From Lingula anatina (Eukaryota; Animalia; Brachiopoda), in the NCBI GenBank assembly GCA_051362555.1, contig CM120649.1, forward strand, positions 16,444,567 to 16,508,566: 64,000 bases of DNA, read 5' to 3'. A model generated the notes under the pieces. It ran no database searches and had not been told where the DNA came from. It worked only from the letters and a program-made list of their open reading frames with translations. Of this stretch, positions 11,201-63,269 are shown in pieces (position 1 is the stretch's first letter; every line of letters starts with the position of its first letter). The position numbers and the translations under genes are program-made.

Positions 11201-11892
11201 GGTGAACGCAAAGACTTCTACAAAGACACAGTCTATGATCCAGTGAAACAAAGGTAGGCAAAACAAGTGTTCAGGAAGATTGATATGGTAAGAAAATTAA
11301 ATTTCCGTGTCAGCACAGTTGTGGTTATTACAGTTGTACAATATACTTGCAGTAATACAGCAGTTTTTAAGTAAAAGATGTTATGATGAGAAAATAGGGA
11401 CACTATAGGAATGTTACTTTGTTACAGATACCTCACAGCACTATACTGAAGAACAGTTTATTATGATCGCTTTTGCTTTGCAGGTCCATCCAGTCAGAGT
11501 TGAAGAAAATTCAGTGTTTCAATTGTATCCTTATGAAAAACGCATATCACTTGAAATTAAGAAATTAAAATAAATTGTCTAGAACATATATAAATTGAAA
11601 TGCTTCATTTGAAAATGTTCCTTGATCAAAGCCAGATATCCTTGAAAATAGCCATCCATTTACCCATTTGAAAAGTGACAACCAAGGCAGACGACACCCA
11701 GAAAGTCAGGTAACAAGTTATGTGACCAGTCATGTGACAGTATCAGAGCAGCAAGAGAACTGGTCTGGTGGTGGCTCCTTGACAAAGCATATGGATATGG
11801 AGACTTCTGTAAGAATGGCTCTGCAGAGATCAAAACAAGCATTGCAAGATATAGATAATATACTTGCTTCCAAGCCTAAGATACTACATTAG
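6727..11892 (+). CDS. C5orf34: C5orf34 homologue (DUF4524/DUF4520-type uncharacterised protein), ~733 aa
   Basis: Exons 6727-6874, 7339-7478, 7960-8062, 8234-9020, 9253-9367, 9604-9762, 9963-10169, 10648-10790, 11152-11253, 11484-11524, 11636-11892 (2202 nt, in frame). The motifs LYSNDAVEVMYTDGCKLQMSPCGS, ALEFRN, FTVHFLAKLSQ, EIYPGDGS, GRFLAYSDGRI and ELKKIQCFNYILEN match human C5orf34 as I recall it. Confidence 0.85.
6898..7058. mobile_element. Fold-back MITE, copy 1 (GGGGC termini, 17-bp subrepeats ATAGTCCGAAGGTTCA)
   Basis: Inverted arms are built from 17-bp subrepeats. It is colinear with the copy at 47188-47361. Confidence 0.75.
7736..7955. mobile_element. MITE (possibly PIF/Harbinger-type) abutting a splice acceptor
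   Basis: CATTCCCATAGATTTTAGATCGATC (7736) is the inverted counterpart of GATCGATCTAAATCTCTGGGAATG. The right end ...GCACCC is followed by TTA(G). There is further internal inverted symmetry. Confidence 0.65.
11525..11635 (+). other. U12-type (minor spliceosome) GT-AG intron
   Basis: 5' splice site GTATCCTT. Branch-like TTCCTTGAT at 11618-11626, with the A 10 nt before the intron end. No polypyrimidine tract. Splicing restores the frame (CFN-Y-ILEN). Confidence 0.85.
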
Positions 11893-13535
11893 TAGGCGGA
11901 GCATGAAAATGAAATCCATTTGTCAAAATAGCAGATTCACAAATATTAAATTCTAGTTCATATGCTAAGCTGACTGTCTTATAATGGCATCATTGATTAT
12001 TTACTTCAGCATTTTTGGTGTAAATTTATTGACACATTAAGATAAAATTTGTGCAAATTATTCCTTTATTTTAAATTAAGATGTTTGAAATAACTGACCA
12101 GTTTTAATTGGTTAAAACCCAAGTACAGTTTTTGCAAAAACGCCTTGTGCCCAACGTCATAATAGCAGAAAGAGACTTTGTAGGATTAATCAGAAATAAA
12201 ATATTATTTTATCATTTTGTTGATTTTTATTAATCATGACTTTTTTTTTGCTATAATTTTTAATGCAAAATGCTTCATGTGTTGATTATCTACAAAATAA
12301 ATTCATAATATATTCATTATAAAGGATAACATTTTTAAGCAAATGCAAGTTGGATAGAATTTCAAAACAGGATGAGCACATAATGAGGAATAAGAAAAGC
12401 TGTGTCGTACATAAGCATATTTTTAGATCTGCTGAAACTGAGTTGTACACCTTTATAAACAGCAAGAAAATCCAGAATTGATAAAGCTGTGCGTTTATTA
12501 CAATGCTGCAGTGTACATCTTGTAATAGTTGAATCTGCTGTAATATTATCATGATCAAAGCTACTGCTTTATACTGACACATTCAAACTGGTTCTTTATC
12601 AGCATTTTCCACCAACTGTTATGTTGGTAAAACGAAATGTCAATGATTAGAATGTATAAAATCAATCCAACTTTTATCAATTCATATGCTGTTTCATGGA
12701 AATCGTTCTTGAAAAACTATTTGTACAGCATCAAAACATTTTAAAAATCACATTTAACAAATATAATACATGAAATGTCATAGTATCATATCACCAATTA
12801 CAACAATAGCATACAAATATAGCATACTATAATAGTATTTGAGCCTAGAAATATACTGAGGCAAGCATAGCAAACTCGAATGGATATGCATTTGCTGTAT
12901 ATTGTACCTGCCAACTAATATTTCCATTAGACAATTTTCACATAAAATCAGAAAATTTAAATCACATCAACACTCACAGTCTTGATGTGTGAATAAAACC
13001 AAACTTTCTGATTGTTGGAAATTTGGTAAGCAAACATCATCCAAATGATATTTGGGAAGCAGAATTAGATATAACATGCCCAAGATAGAAAAAAATAGTT
13101 TACAAAATGATGCCTTGAAGGGCATTTTAACAAATTGCTCAGTATATAATATCAGTGTTTGTTTATTTATACTCTAGACAATTCAAATACATATAATAAT
13201 AGTAATGATGACTATAATAACAATAATAATTGCCTGGTGTCCCCTTTAAGTTCTCCAATCAGATATAATAAACTGAATCCAACTTCCTATAAACAATCTC
13301 TTAAACTGCAGTGCATTCCCAACAAAAACTACAACTGACAATATCCCCCACTTTCAAAAAAAAAAAAAAAAACAAAAAAAAAAAACACCAACTAAAGACC
13401 TATATGCTGACAACTGAGAGCATTGTTCAATGATCAGAAAATAATGTTTAGAATTTCATTCAAATTTCAAGTGCATGGATCACCTTGCCTTCTGATAGGC
13501 AAAATTACTGTAAAAATGCCACTATATTACACATA

Positions 13536-13706
13536 CAGTAGACCTCCCATATATCATGTTCTAATTGACACTGGCAATTTTTGTGCTAAGTTGGTTATGT
13601 GAATATACTGTTCCTTGTTGTCAGACGGGACTGGGACATCTGGGATTAAGTACACTATGGGGTAGTGTCCAGTTAAAGAGAGATGTATAATATGTGAAGT
13701 CTACTG
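13536..13706. mobile_element. Tc1/mariner-like MITE in the probable PCCB 3'UTR
   Basis: TA-CAGTAGAC...GTCTACTG-TA termini with a TA duplication. Confidence 0.6.
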
Positions 13707-13929
13707 TATATGTAAGCTGGAAGAAGAACAAATGTACAAGTGTACAGTCATTATCATGGTATCTATATGTTTATCCTTATCTAAATCACTTCACTCTCTC
13801 CACAACAATATTATTAACTTATACTCCAGCTTGCAGTATATGACATTTCAATGATATTTCCAGTGTGTTTACATAAGCTGAAGCACCTGATGACAAACGA
13901 CCTTGACTTGTGCGAGAAAGAGGCCATCT

Positions 13930-52186
<38,257 letters not shown>

Positions 52187-52580
52187 CTTGCCTACCTTCT
52201 AACCTTGAGGAAAACAAATAGAAGGGAATAGGTGGCGCAGTTTTCAAGAAAAACTTCCCAACATTCCTCTGATAAATTCGTTTTAATCTTGTTGATTAAT
52301 TAAATATTTCATAAGCATTTACGTTTTAAATGAAATACTGTAGATCAAAGAAATACAGTGGATGAAGTAAAGCGGTAAAAAAACAACGTATTTTTTCGCA
52401 CATTTTCTTGAAATATGCGCCATCTTTCGTTCCTTCACCCGGCACTCGTGGAATATTGATAATAAATAGAAAGCCGGTGGCCGGTCGAGCATTCGCCATG
52501 ATATTGTCGCCGGTCGTATAGATGAGTTTATTTTGTAGATAAAGCCATACTTTCATTGAAGCGTGCATTTCAACATCGAA
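52187..52580. promoter_or_regulatory. Putative bidirectional promoter of PCCB and ALG9
   Basis: Only 394 bp separate the divergent ATGs. CpG-rich patch at ~52390-52660. YY1-like AAGATGGCG on the - strand at ~52418-52426. Confidence 0.65.
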
Positions 52581-55500
52581 ATGCCTTCCACGGCAAGGCA
52601 ACGCAATAAGGGCAGCAAGACCGAGAGGGAGAGTGAGGCGGCTCCTCCTCCGGTGAAATCCACTGATCTGAGGTAAACCAATATCTTAGCAAACTCCTCG
52701 TAGACTTGGTCTTATATTTTTTGTAAAAGCGGTTTTGGACAGGATCCATACCACCATAAAAAAAACAAATTCAGCAGCACTGTTTACTATTTTACAATCT
52801 TTCAAAGCTAATTTAAGGGTACGTGAGAGCCCTCAATTTCCTTGCCCCCCCCCCTCACAATTCCTCCTCTATGTCCACCGCCCTCCATACGCTCCATACC
52901 ACACTCAAAGCATAAGGTATATGTAAAACCCTTAATACCGTCCAGACCAGACATTTCTCTGTATTTTCTCTGCTGCATATTGGATTCTTTCCTCTGTGAC
53001 ACTAAAAATCATAAATACATTTTAAATAAATAAATAAATAGATAAATAACATTGGTCATGATTATTTTCCATGAACAACATTTACACTTAATTTCTATTT
53101 TTAAGGCAATTCTGTTTTAAATGTCCTTCATTTCTCTTTTAGAAATTGAATTAGAAGTTTATAATATTGTAATATATCCAACTATATTAATATGGCACTG
53201 GTAATTACATTGCCAGGCGGCCATCAGAACTAGGAGACTTCCAGCCCTGGACCCCTACAGCCTACACAGCCTTCAAAGCCCTGATGTCTGCCAGACTGTG
53301 TGCTGCCATATGGAGCAACATCTCAGACTGTGATGAGACATTCAACTACTGGGAACCTGTGAGATTCTTGTAGAGTTACTGTACTAGTAAACACACAGTG
53401 TCATGTGATTTGATATTTGTAATTTGTACGCATGCTGCACAAACCTTGTGAGATCAGCATCATTCAATAATTAAATTTACAAACAGTGTTACATTGGTAC
53501 ATGTGCGTTGCTTGGTGTACACATGTAGTGCATAAGCAATACATACTCACTTCACACTTACACAAACAAATTTAGGAGAGTGGTGTCATGCATCCACACA
53601 CTTACTAGTACACACACTAAAAAAAACAAGTTGTTTTAAACAGAATTTGAATTGCCTTGGGCAAGTTTTCCTATTGTGTTACAAGAAAAGTTAAATTTAC
53701 TAGTACTGATAACATGTATTGCTGTTTCAAACCCACTATTATTAAGCATATCTTCTTTATTAATATTTAACAAATATTCCCTGTTTCAGACCCACTATTT
53801 GCTGTACGGCACTGGCTTCCAGACCTGGGAGTATTCCCCCGCCTATGCAATCAGGTCTTATGCCTACCTCTGGATACATGCTCTGCCTATCAAACTGTAT
53901 GCCACTGCACTGTCAGCTAATAAAGTAGGTGGTAATGTTTTACCTCTGTAAAATTAGTAAAGTTGATATTAAACTAGCAAGCTGGCTTTTGTTTTAAATG
54001 GAGAGAAGTTTTTCAAAACTGATTAAGAAAATTTTAATAATTTCAATCACATGTGAGTACCCGAAGAAGTGAAATTCAGTTGGTAAAGTGAAATATTATA
54101 AAGATGTGAAATGATCCTTTTCTTTACTGGTTATACATTTTTTTTTCACTTTTGTGATTTTTTGTATATTTGAAAATTTTATTGTTGGTTGGAACATAAG
54201 TAATTTAATACAAACTTTTAAAACTAGTTCATAACTCTGTAGTGACTATACCTTTCCATTTCAGCTGCTAGTTTTATATTTTCTGAGATGCATTCTTGGA
54301 TTTGTGTGCACCTTGTGTGAAGTCTATTTTTACAGGTAAGGAATTAAAGACACGTTGATACCTTTTGGAAAGTGAAGTTCCTGAATAAGTCATAATATAC
54401 CTTGGCATGCATGCAGTATATGCGTGCGTGTGTGCATGCATGTATGTGTTATAGCATTTAACAGAGTAACACCTATATGTGTTCAGTTTAAATTTGATCG
54501 ACTTATTACAATTCCAGAGGGGTATGTCGTCATTTTGGCAGCAACACAGGACGTCTGACCCTGGCCTTCCTCATCTTCAGCACAGGGATGTTTATCTCCT
54601 GCTCAGCTTACCTCCCCAGTAGTTTTGCCATGTATATGACTCTGCTGGCCATGGCTGGCTGGATGTACCAACATTATCAGGTATTAAAGGCCACTAGTAT
54701 GTCTATTCTATTTTGTTCATCAATTTCATTTAAAATCTCAGTTGAAGAGAGTGTGTATATTATATATAGCTTATTTATACTCATTGTAAATTGTTGTATC
54801 TGTCAGTGTACAAATTTAAGGTACATTTAAGCACATTAAGCTTAAAAATGTTGGTGCTTGATAAAATAAGGTTGCCTGGAGAATGTTAGTTATCGTTAAT
54901 CTGCTCTTTAAATTAAAAAAGGTCATCCTAAGATAATGGTACATATTTTAATTTCAGGTTTCTATTCTTGCAATAGCGGCCAGTGCAATCCTAGGATGGC
55001 CTTTTGCTGGAGCTATAGGGTGAGCACGTCTCAGCTCTAGTTATTTCATTTATTGTGTGTGAAGATTCAAATATTTATTTACATGTTAGTTTTTATCTAT
55101 CATGAGCCTCATATCTGATGCATTTTCTCCATTTTGGAATCTCCATGTAAAAAGAGCACTCCAGTAAAGATGAGTCTTATTGAATATTTCATATATAATT
55201 TTTATCCCTAAGGCCATAACATTTAATGCAGGCAACAATTTGCTACATTGTTATTATTGTTAAAATTATTAGGATAGTGAGTTTATATAATAAAAGCGGC
55301 CTTGTTTGGCCAAATCACGAACAATTGATGGTCTTTGTAGCCTTCTCTCTTGTTATGAATGGGACTATGAAAGTTTGTGGTACACTGGGATGGAGGAGAC
55401 ATAAAAAAAGCATTCAATCTTTTATGGTTTTGGAATATAGTACATACCATAAATAATCAACAATGAGTTGAGAAAGAGTTATCTTCTTTTTTACAGCATT

Positions 55501-58500
55501 CCAATAGCCTTTGACATAGTGTTTAGAAGACAGAAGATAGGGTTATTCCTGAAATGGTGCTGCATATCACTGCTGCTGTTCCTAGTTCCCAGTGTTCTCA
55601 TAGACTCCCATTACTATGGGAAACTGGTCGTAGCATCTCTGAATATTGTACTGTACAATGTATTCAGTCAACATGGACCTGATATATATGGTAAGGACAA
55701 ATTAGCAAGTGCTTTATAATAGCATTGTATTTTTAGTATTGCATTAAGATATATATATATATTATATCAGCATGCACATGACTGAAGTAGAAAGTTTTGA
55801 ATTCTTTTGATACTTTATCCCAGTTTTTTTTAAGTTAAATTAGTTATTTATGAAAGATCTTCAGTTGATAGATGAAATTATAATACAGCAATGATCCCAT
55901 ATTAAGATGTTGTTTTCAAATATTTGTTCTTTTTTATCCAAAATGATACTAAGTATGAAATCATATGATGATTTCTACAATGGTTGTGGGACTTTTTATA
56001 TGTTGCAGGTGTGGAACCTTGGACATTTTATTTCATCAATGGATTTTTAAATTTTAATTTTGTCTTCCTCATGGCTCTCATCACATTACCATTTTGTGTA
56101 AGTATTTTTTAATTAATTACTAATTTAAGACACTAATTTGCACAATAATTGCATATTTGATCATCTACAGAGAAAGGAAGTCAATGAAGGATTTAGATTT
56201 TACAGTCTAATATATAGTTAGTCACATGTGTGAATATTACCTTGAAACATCCTGCTTATTTTAGGAAGTTTTATATAAGAGTCTTCATGATTATACGTGA
56301 TTCATCTATACATATTTATGTTTATATAAAGTCATAAAGCTTAAAAAAAGATAATGGTTTAATGTTTCTTATTTTGTTTGCAGCTTCTTGTTAAACACAT
56401 TTTAAAGCAGTCTGATAGAGGTAAGATGTATTCATCATAACATATTTTATGACCTTGTTCTGTATAGATATATGCAATTGCATATAAACTACAGACAGAT
56501 TTTGATCAGACTTATCACAATCAACAACTACAGCAAAAGTTGATATGTCATACTGAGATATTTTAAATCATAATAATTCTTAATTTTTTTTCACATAAAA
56601 GTTTTATTAATCATACTCATTGCAATCAGAAATAAAAAACATTACTTGATGATGTTTTATCATTTTGAAATATTCAGGCACTAATCTGATATGACTCTCT
56701 CACACACGTCTTTTCAGTTCTTCCTCTCTGGCTGAGCACAGCACCAATGTATATATGGATCTTAATCTTCTTCACAAGGCCACACAAGGTAGACTTCTGA
56801 TTATTGTATAGCAGTTTTAACTTAATGCATGTTGATTTTATTGATAATTTGCATATATAGTATGTGTCAATGCATATAGGCTTGCAGGTTTTGTTAGGTA
56901 AATGTAGATAGGTTAGATGTATTCATCATAATATTTGAAATCAACATATTATTTATTATTTAGTTCTTTAGGTTATAGATAAAAACACAGCTTGATATAG
57001 TATTTGGTCATTTAATTTTCTTTTTGTTGTTTAGGAAAACATACAAATATTTGTTATAAAATTCCAGGAAGAGAGATTTTTGTTTCCTATCTACCCCATG
57101 TTCTGTGTATGTGGAGCTGTTACTCTAGATCACATCCAGGTAATCTCAACCAGCACAATGAGTGTGTCACAACTAACACAATGAGAATAATACCTTATCA
57201 GTGTAGTACAGCTAGCACAATTAGAATTATAGCTAACACAATATCAGTGGGGCACAAAAAGATTCAGTATTCTTATGCAGATCTACATTTAATCAGTGTT
57301 CAAGTATAGCATCAGCAAAATGGTCATTCTGGAAATGAAAAGTGGGAATATTTTTGTTAGTCTTTTTTACATCTAACTTGTGTATGTTATTTAAAAAAGA
57401 AGCTAATTGGCTCCATAAAGTAAGAATTAAGCATAAAACCTCTTTGTATTATTATCAGAAGCTGTACAGCTACCTGTTCACCAGTAGAAGAGCCAGGCAC
57501 TATACAGAGCTGTCCAACTGGTTGTCAGCAGTGGTCATCATCCTGATCTCACTCATTTCTGTATCAAGGACAGTGGCGCTCTACCAGTGTAATTCACATG
57601 TTGTATAATATGTAGTATAGTTTAATACTTATATTATATAGCATCATTTTGTACCAAAAACAGTTTGGCTTAATCCATACAGTCAAACTCTACACAGTGA
57701 AACTGAACCAGTATAAGCCACATTTAATATTATATCGGTCTGTGCCAAAAACAATTTGGCTTACTGGCCCTTTGAGACACAAGTCTAAGAATCTGCTTAC
57801 TCTTCTTGACTACCATGTTACAGTTAATATGTATGTTGATATTACTGGTGTGTCAATGTCCATAAACATGTCAGACTGACCATCCACATGTTTCTTTTGT
57901 ATCTCAACTACCATGCTCCAATGGACTTGTACATTAACACTTAGTGTCACACAAGTTATGAATGCGTCAAAGTGTCTATAAAGGTATCAGTGTCAATAAA
58001 CATGTCACTTTCTCTTCTAGACTATCATGCTCCAATGGACATGTATGTTGACATCACGCGAGTGTCAGAAGATCCCAGTATACACACTCTGCCCGCAGAC
58101 AAGGACATCAACGTCTGTGTGGGGAAGGAGTGGTACAGATTTACCAGCAGCTTCTTCCTGCCTTCCAAGAAGTAAGCATGAGTTTGGGTGCAATTTTGAC
58201 TGTAATCCATATGAATATGATTGGCAATGTCAGATAATCTGGAATACTGTTGTTAGGAACTATTTATGAATGTATAAATAAGTGTGAGATGTTGTAGTGT
58301 TGGGCAAGTAATCTTGAAGTATGAGAGTTCAGAAAGATTGTGGAATTCAAATTTGGCATTTGCTTATCGGTAGCCCCTAGAAAACATTTGTTTGAGAATT
58401 TTTTAATGGCATTTCTCCTTTTTATCCATTTTGTGTCACACTTAACATTTTATCAATAGATTTTCATCTTGGTGCTTAACTAAATAGTACATATTTTGTC

Positions 58501-59606
58501 AATAGATGGCACCTGCAGTTCATCCAGTCAGAGTTCAAAGGTCAGCTGCCCAAGCCCTATGCCTCAGGACCAGATGCTACCAGGATCATTCCCAAGAACA
58601 TGAATGACATGAATCGTGAGGAACCAGATAGATATGTAAGACATGCTGATATGATAATATAAAGATTCTGATTGACTGGTTTATCGGTGTGAATTATTGT
58701 CCCAAAATGCTCCCAGTAAACTGTTATTCATTGGACTTTTAACATTTTTTTCTTGAAGTTTCACAATAAGAATTAGATCTTTATACTTCACTGTAACAGA
58801 AAAAAAAGTAATAAATAAATGGATAAATTAATTATTTTCTGGAAATTTCAACAATTTGTATTATCACCAATTTGAAAGTGTATCATGCATCCAGAACCAT
58901 TGGTGACATTACAAATTATAAACTAATTCGTGAGTTCTACGTTTGTATATTTTTGCTATTTTCATAATGGGATTAGAAACTTGAATTTCACTTTTAATGG
59001 TAAAATGTGTGGGTTTACAGGTCAATATTTCCAAGTGCCATTATTTGATTGACCTTGACCTCCCAAGAGAGACTAAATTGGAGCCAAGATACTCCCAACA
59101 GAAGAACAACTGGAAGGTTTTAACCACCACTCAATTTCTTGATCCTTCCAGGTATGTAGCCTGCTCTCCTGTTTGGTTGCTACCACTCAGCAGAAATATT
59201 CGAAATTTACAAATTTATGACTTTTAAAATGCAGTATCTGTAAAATGAAATTTTTTTCATATAATACATACTTTAGTTTGTATAAACATTTTAAAATTCA
59301 TTGACAGTGTGTGATTTACAATACATGAGATGTGATTAAAGGACGAACAATATGTTTGCAGAGAAACAAGATGTAGTAGACCTTAAATATGAGAACACGT
59401 TTTCTGTGCAGAGTAGCAAAAACTGTTTTATTTGATCAAGGAATTGCATAAACAAACCTATTTTATACTCCATTTTTTATTTCAGGTCTCATAAGTTGTT
59501 CCGGGCATTCTTTGTCCCCTTTGTGTCCAGCAGATATGTGACATTTGTGGATTACAACCTACTGCAGACAAAAAGGACTAAGAAATCATCTCAGAGGAAA
59601 CCGTAA
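52581..59606 (+). CDS. ALG9: Alpha-1,2-mannosyltransferase ALG9 (GT22), 596 aa
   Basis: Exons 52581-52672, 53217-53358, 53790-53924, 54265-54335, 54518-54680, 54958-55019, 55497-55690, 56009-56097, 56384-56420, 56718-56788, 57068-57139, 57459-57588, 58021-58171, 58506-58635, 59021-59151, 59486-59606 (1791 nt). Motifs ISDCDETFNYWEPTHYL, FQTWEYSPAYAIRSY, YLPSSF, GWPF, PHKEERFLFPIYP, VCVGKEWYRF and FKGQLPKP. Confidence 0.96.
57798..57949 (+). pseudogene. Two decayed partial duplicates of the ALG9 exon-13 acceptor and 5' end (pseudo-exons)
   Basis: TCTTCTTGACTACCATGTTACAGTTAATATGTATGTTGATATTAC (57801) and TCTCAACTACCATGCTCCAATGGACTTGTAC (57902) resemble the real junction TCTTCTAG|ACTATCATGCTCCAATGGACATGTATGTTGACATCAC (exon starts 58021). 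Confidence 0.75.
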
Positions 59607-61332
59607 ATCGATTCCCATCTGTTTTACAGATGATTATATTGCTATTATTAAGTCTCACTCCAGTTGTTACAAAAGTAACAGGAATAGTACAAGTATAGTG
59701 CCTGTATAAAGATTCCTTTCATCAGGGTACCAAATATTCAAGATAGAGTGCAATGTTTATGGACATCACAGCTGATGAGAATATATATTTTAAAAAATTT
59801 AATATTTTTAAAATTTTGAAAAATGTTTCAGTAAAAACTGGGTACATAACCACCAGCAAGATCTCACCTATGAAACCATCATAATTACATAAAAATACTT
59901 GTCGACTAATTTGTTTTGAATAAAAATGTCTCATATTTAGATATGAAAAAAAATTATGGTAGCAAAATTGTTGTCATGCCTTTTGAGATCCAGTATTTTT
60001 CTGACTGATATTTCATTGAGTGGGTGCCATTTTTTATTTGATTGTGAAAATGTCATGTTCATTGCTTCATGTTGTTAGGGATGTCATAGATGGTAAATAT
60101 ATGTTGTTGAATCATTGGTGTTTGCCAGGGGTCATCATGTAAATGATTATATGTGAAATTCAATATAAACAATCAAGATTGAAATCAACTTGGACAGAAG
60201 TAAGATAAAATGGTACTGGTAAACCTATGCTATGCTTGTATTATTGTTATTTAATTGATAAATTTTATTATTTATTTTATCACATTGATCTGAAATAGTT
60301 TCTCATTTGAATATGGGAAATGAAAAGCTTAGGAGTGTTATGTGGACAGTCATATAAGACTCATGTTGTCTAATTTAAGTATTTTCTTGAATTCATTTTC
60401 TGCCTTAGCAAATTAAGCTTTTTATTTTAAATAAAATGGCTGTTAAACAGATGCAAGATGATCTTTTTCAGTTGTAAAAATTATCATATGGCAATATGTT
60501 CATGCCCCTGTTTTAATGCACGTTTTTTTGTTTTTTTTTAAGTTAAGTACAAATGCATCAGAAACATGGGTTCATGTTCTGTGTCGATAAGAATCAAAGT
60601 GTTATATGTAAGTTTCTAATTGTACATATTAAATGTATATTTTACACAAGCGATAAAAGCTGTCAAGTAACAGTGAGTCAGGTTTATAGAGATTATATAA
60701 TGCTATACAGGAGATCAAAGAGGTTTGATAACTCTGTGAAATGAAGGTCAGGTGTTAAAGTCAATAAAACGAGTCTCCCAAATTTATATGACGTGTGAAT
60801 TCCCTTCTGACCCCTGGAATGATAAGTATTAAATACACAATAATTATTCACTTAAAAATAAACAGACTTTTGCCTGAATAAAGTTACACAGGATTCTCTT
60901 CTTTTATTTCATATTAATTCTGCCTAGGTTGCGTTTTTTTATATAAATCTAGCCATGCCCCCCCCCCCCACCACCACCACCAATAGCTTTGACATATGAA
61001 AATAAGATAAATAAAAATGGGGATTTTTTAATTTGCCTTAAAAGAATTAATGAGAAGACCAGTCTTAACATGATTACCATTTTATTTTCATCACTCCACC
61101 TTGACTCGGCATACATTTCAAATAGTTTTACAAATAAATTCATATTAGTTTATTCTCTTGTTGCTATTATATTATAAATAGAAACCTTGTATACTGACAT
61201 AATTAAGTGTAAATAACTTGTGTATCTGTATTATGAACAAGGTACACATTTATTTAATATTAGACAAGAAAGTAATATATGCACACTACACAGGTTTGAC
61301 ATCACTCCGCACACAGGTTACATTAAAATATG

Positions 61333-61530
61333 CCCCCCCCCCCCCCAAAAAAAAAATAAATAAATAAATAAATAAATAAATAACCTCAAGACAATACTAG
61401 AACTGTATACTTCTCTACCCTACTCCCCCCCCCCAAAAAAAAAAATAATAATTATAATAATAATAATAATAACCTCAAGGCAATACTAGAACTGCATACT
61501 TCTCTCCCCCACTCCCCCCCCAAAAAAAAA
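61333..61530. repeat. ~90-bp tandem duplication with C-run/A-run junctions
   Basis: TAACCTCAAG(A/G)CAATACTAGAACTG(T/C)ATACTTCTCT at 61381 and 61470. Confidence 0.8.
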
Positions 61531-63269
61531 TCTGAATAACACAGCATAGTAAGTTTTGTTATAACTTTCTCATACCCGTTTTTTCATGCTTTTTTCCAAT
61601 TTTCAATTCTATAACTTATCCTTAATAATGGTCATAAATTTCTTTTTGAAACACTGACTTCCTCTACCTCAAAATTCCTCTAACTGGTACATCATATTTA
61701 ATCATGTTTAAGTATTCAAAGAAAAAGTGTCAATATATAAAAACTAATGCTAAGTTATCCAGTAGATGGCGTATCACTCACACTGTGCAAGGTGGCAAGT
61801 TCCACCGCATCCAAGTTTTCTAGTATTGACATCTGTCATAGCTTCAGGGAGGTACATGAGATATTCATCCACCTTGCTGACTCGCATAAGATCTTTTACG
61901 AAAAATTAATGGGTATCCTTTTTACTGATGAAATCATTGATGACCGGTTTGAATTCCATAACTTTTGGATAATTGTAAAAGTATAAATTCCACAGAGCCC
62001 ACAGAAAAAATTGTCCAGTACAATATGGGTACTTCCTCGCTAGTAAATAGTTATATCTCTACATGACATTTTTCATACAGTTAGTAATCTTACTTATATA
62101 ACTATTTTTATAAAGAAATAACTAAAGGATATACAAGAAAATTACAACAAATCTACATCTATTTTTACGACCCAAATAAAGATAAAGACAAAAATAAAGT
62201 AAACATATAGACCACTGTTAAAGAATAATATTATATCACGGCTCACTAGGACTACACTGGATTTTAGATACTAAATACTATAACTTAACGACAAAGAACT
62301 CTGGTCCTAGTTCCATATCTCACTCTTAGTATTATGCCAGTAACCAATCTGTCACTTTTTAAGGGGAGGGGGCATGGTTTGACCAGTAGACAACAATTAC
62401 TCATTCCAATCTTTCAAGTCAAGATAGAATTTCAGATTCAGCCTCTAACAAGGGGAAAAAACATTATACAGGAGCACATTTCACACTCTCGTGTCTGCAA
62501 AATATCTCTGTAGTTGGAAGAGGCAAAGAGTAGAGAAAGGAACAATATCTGACACCCCCCCCCCCCCCCCCCCCCACTTCTCTTTTCTATCCTAGATCCA
62601 TCACTGTGAAATGTGGGATAAAAGATAGAATGTTTTGTATTGGGATGCTAACATTTTTAATTTCAATTTTGGGGCTAAATTCCCCTTTGCTGTCGTACCA
62701 ACATCTTTTTTTTTTTTCAAGATTTTTTACACTAAAATTAATTTGTTTTTCTTTTTTTCACACCAAGCAGAACTCATTCTTAGGCACAGCACCAGGGTTA
62801 AGCCGAGACTTCTAAAGTGAGACTTTTAGTCAGGGAAAGTCCCTGTGACAAATCTATCTTCTTCTAGAATTTACTGCCAAAATCCATCACAATATTCAGA
62901 ACCCATGTAATACTGGAAAGTTATACTGTACAATTGCTCTCAGCACTACAATGTGAAACTTGAAAATAAGTGCATCAATTCAAGAATTTACATACATACA
63001 TACATATATTCTCACATACTACACTCTGTGTTGCTTCAGAATTTTAAACATTCCCATATCACTGGGCATACTTAACCACAAGACATGCCTGTATGTGTAT
63101 ATGTTTTTTTTGTGTGCGTGCATGTGTGCGTGCATGTGTGTGTTTGGGTCACATCCTGAGCATACCCTTTTCAAACACAGAAAGAAAGAAACAGTCAAAA
63201 TGGGATGCCTGCTGTCATAATGAGCTTAAAACAGAGATGTCATTATTATCATACTAGTATGCCACCAGG

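Noticed and set aside
11893-13929. Overlapping 3'UTRs of the convergent C5orf34-like and PCCB genes
   Set aside because: AATAAA hexamers occur on both strands, but they are too frequent in AT-rich DNA to place transcript ends without RNA data.
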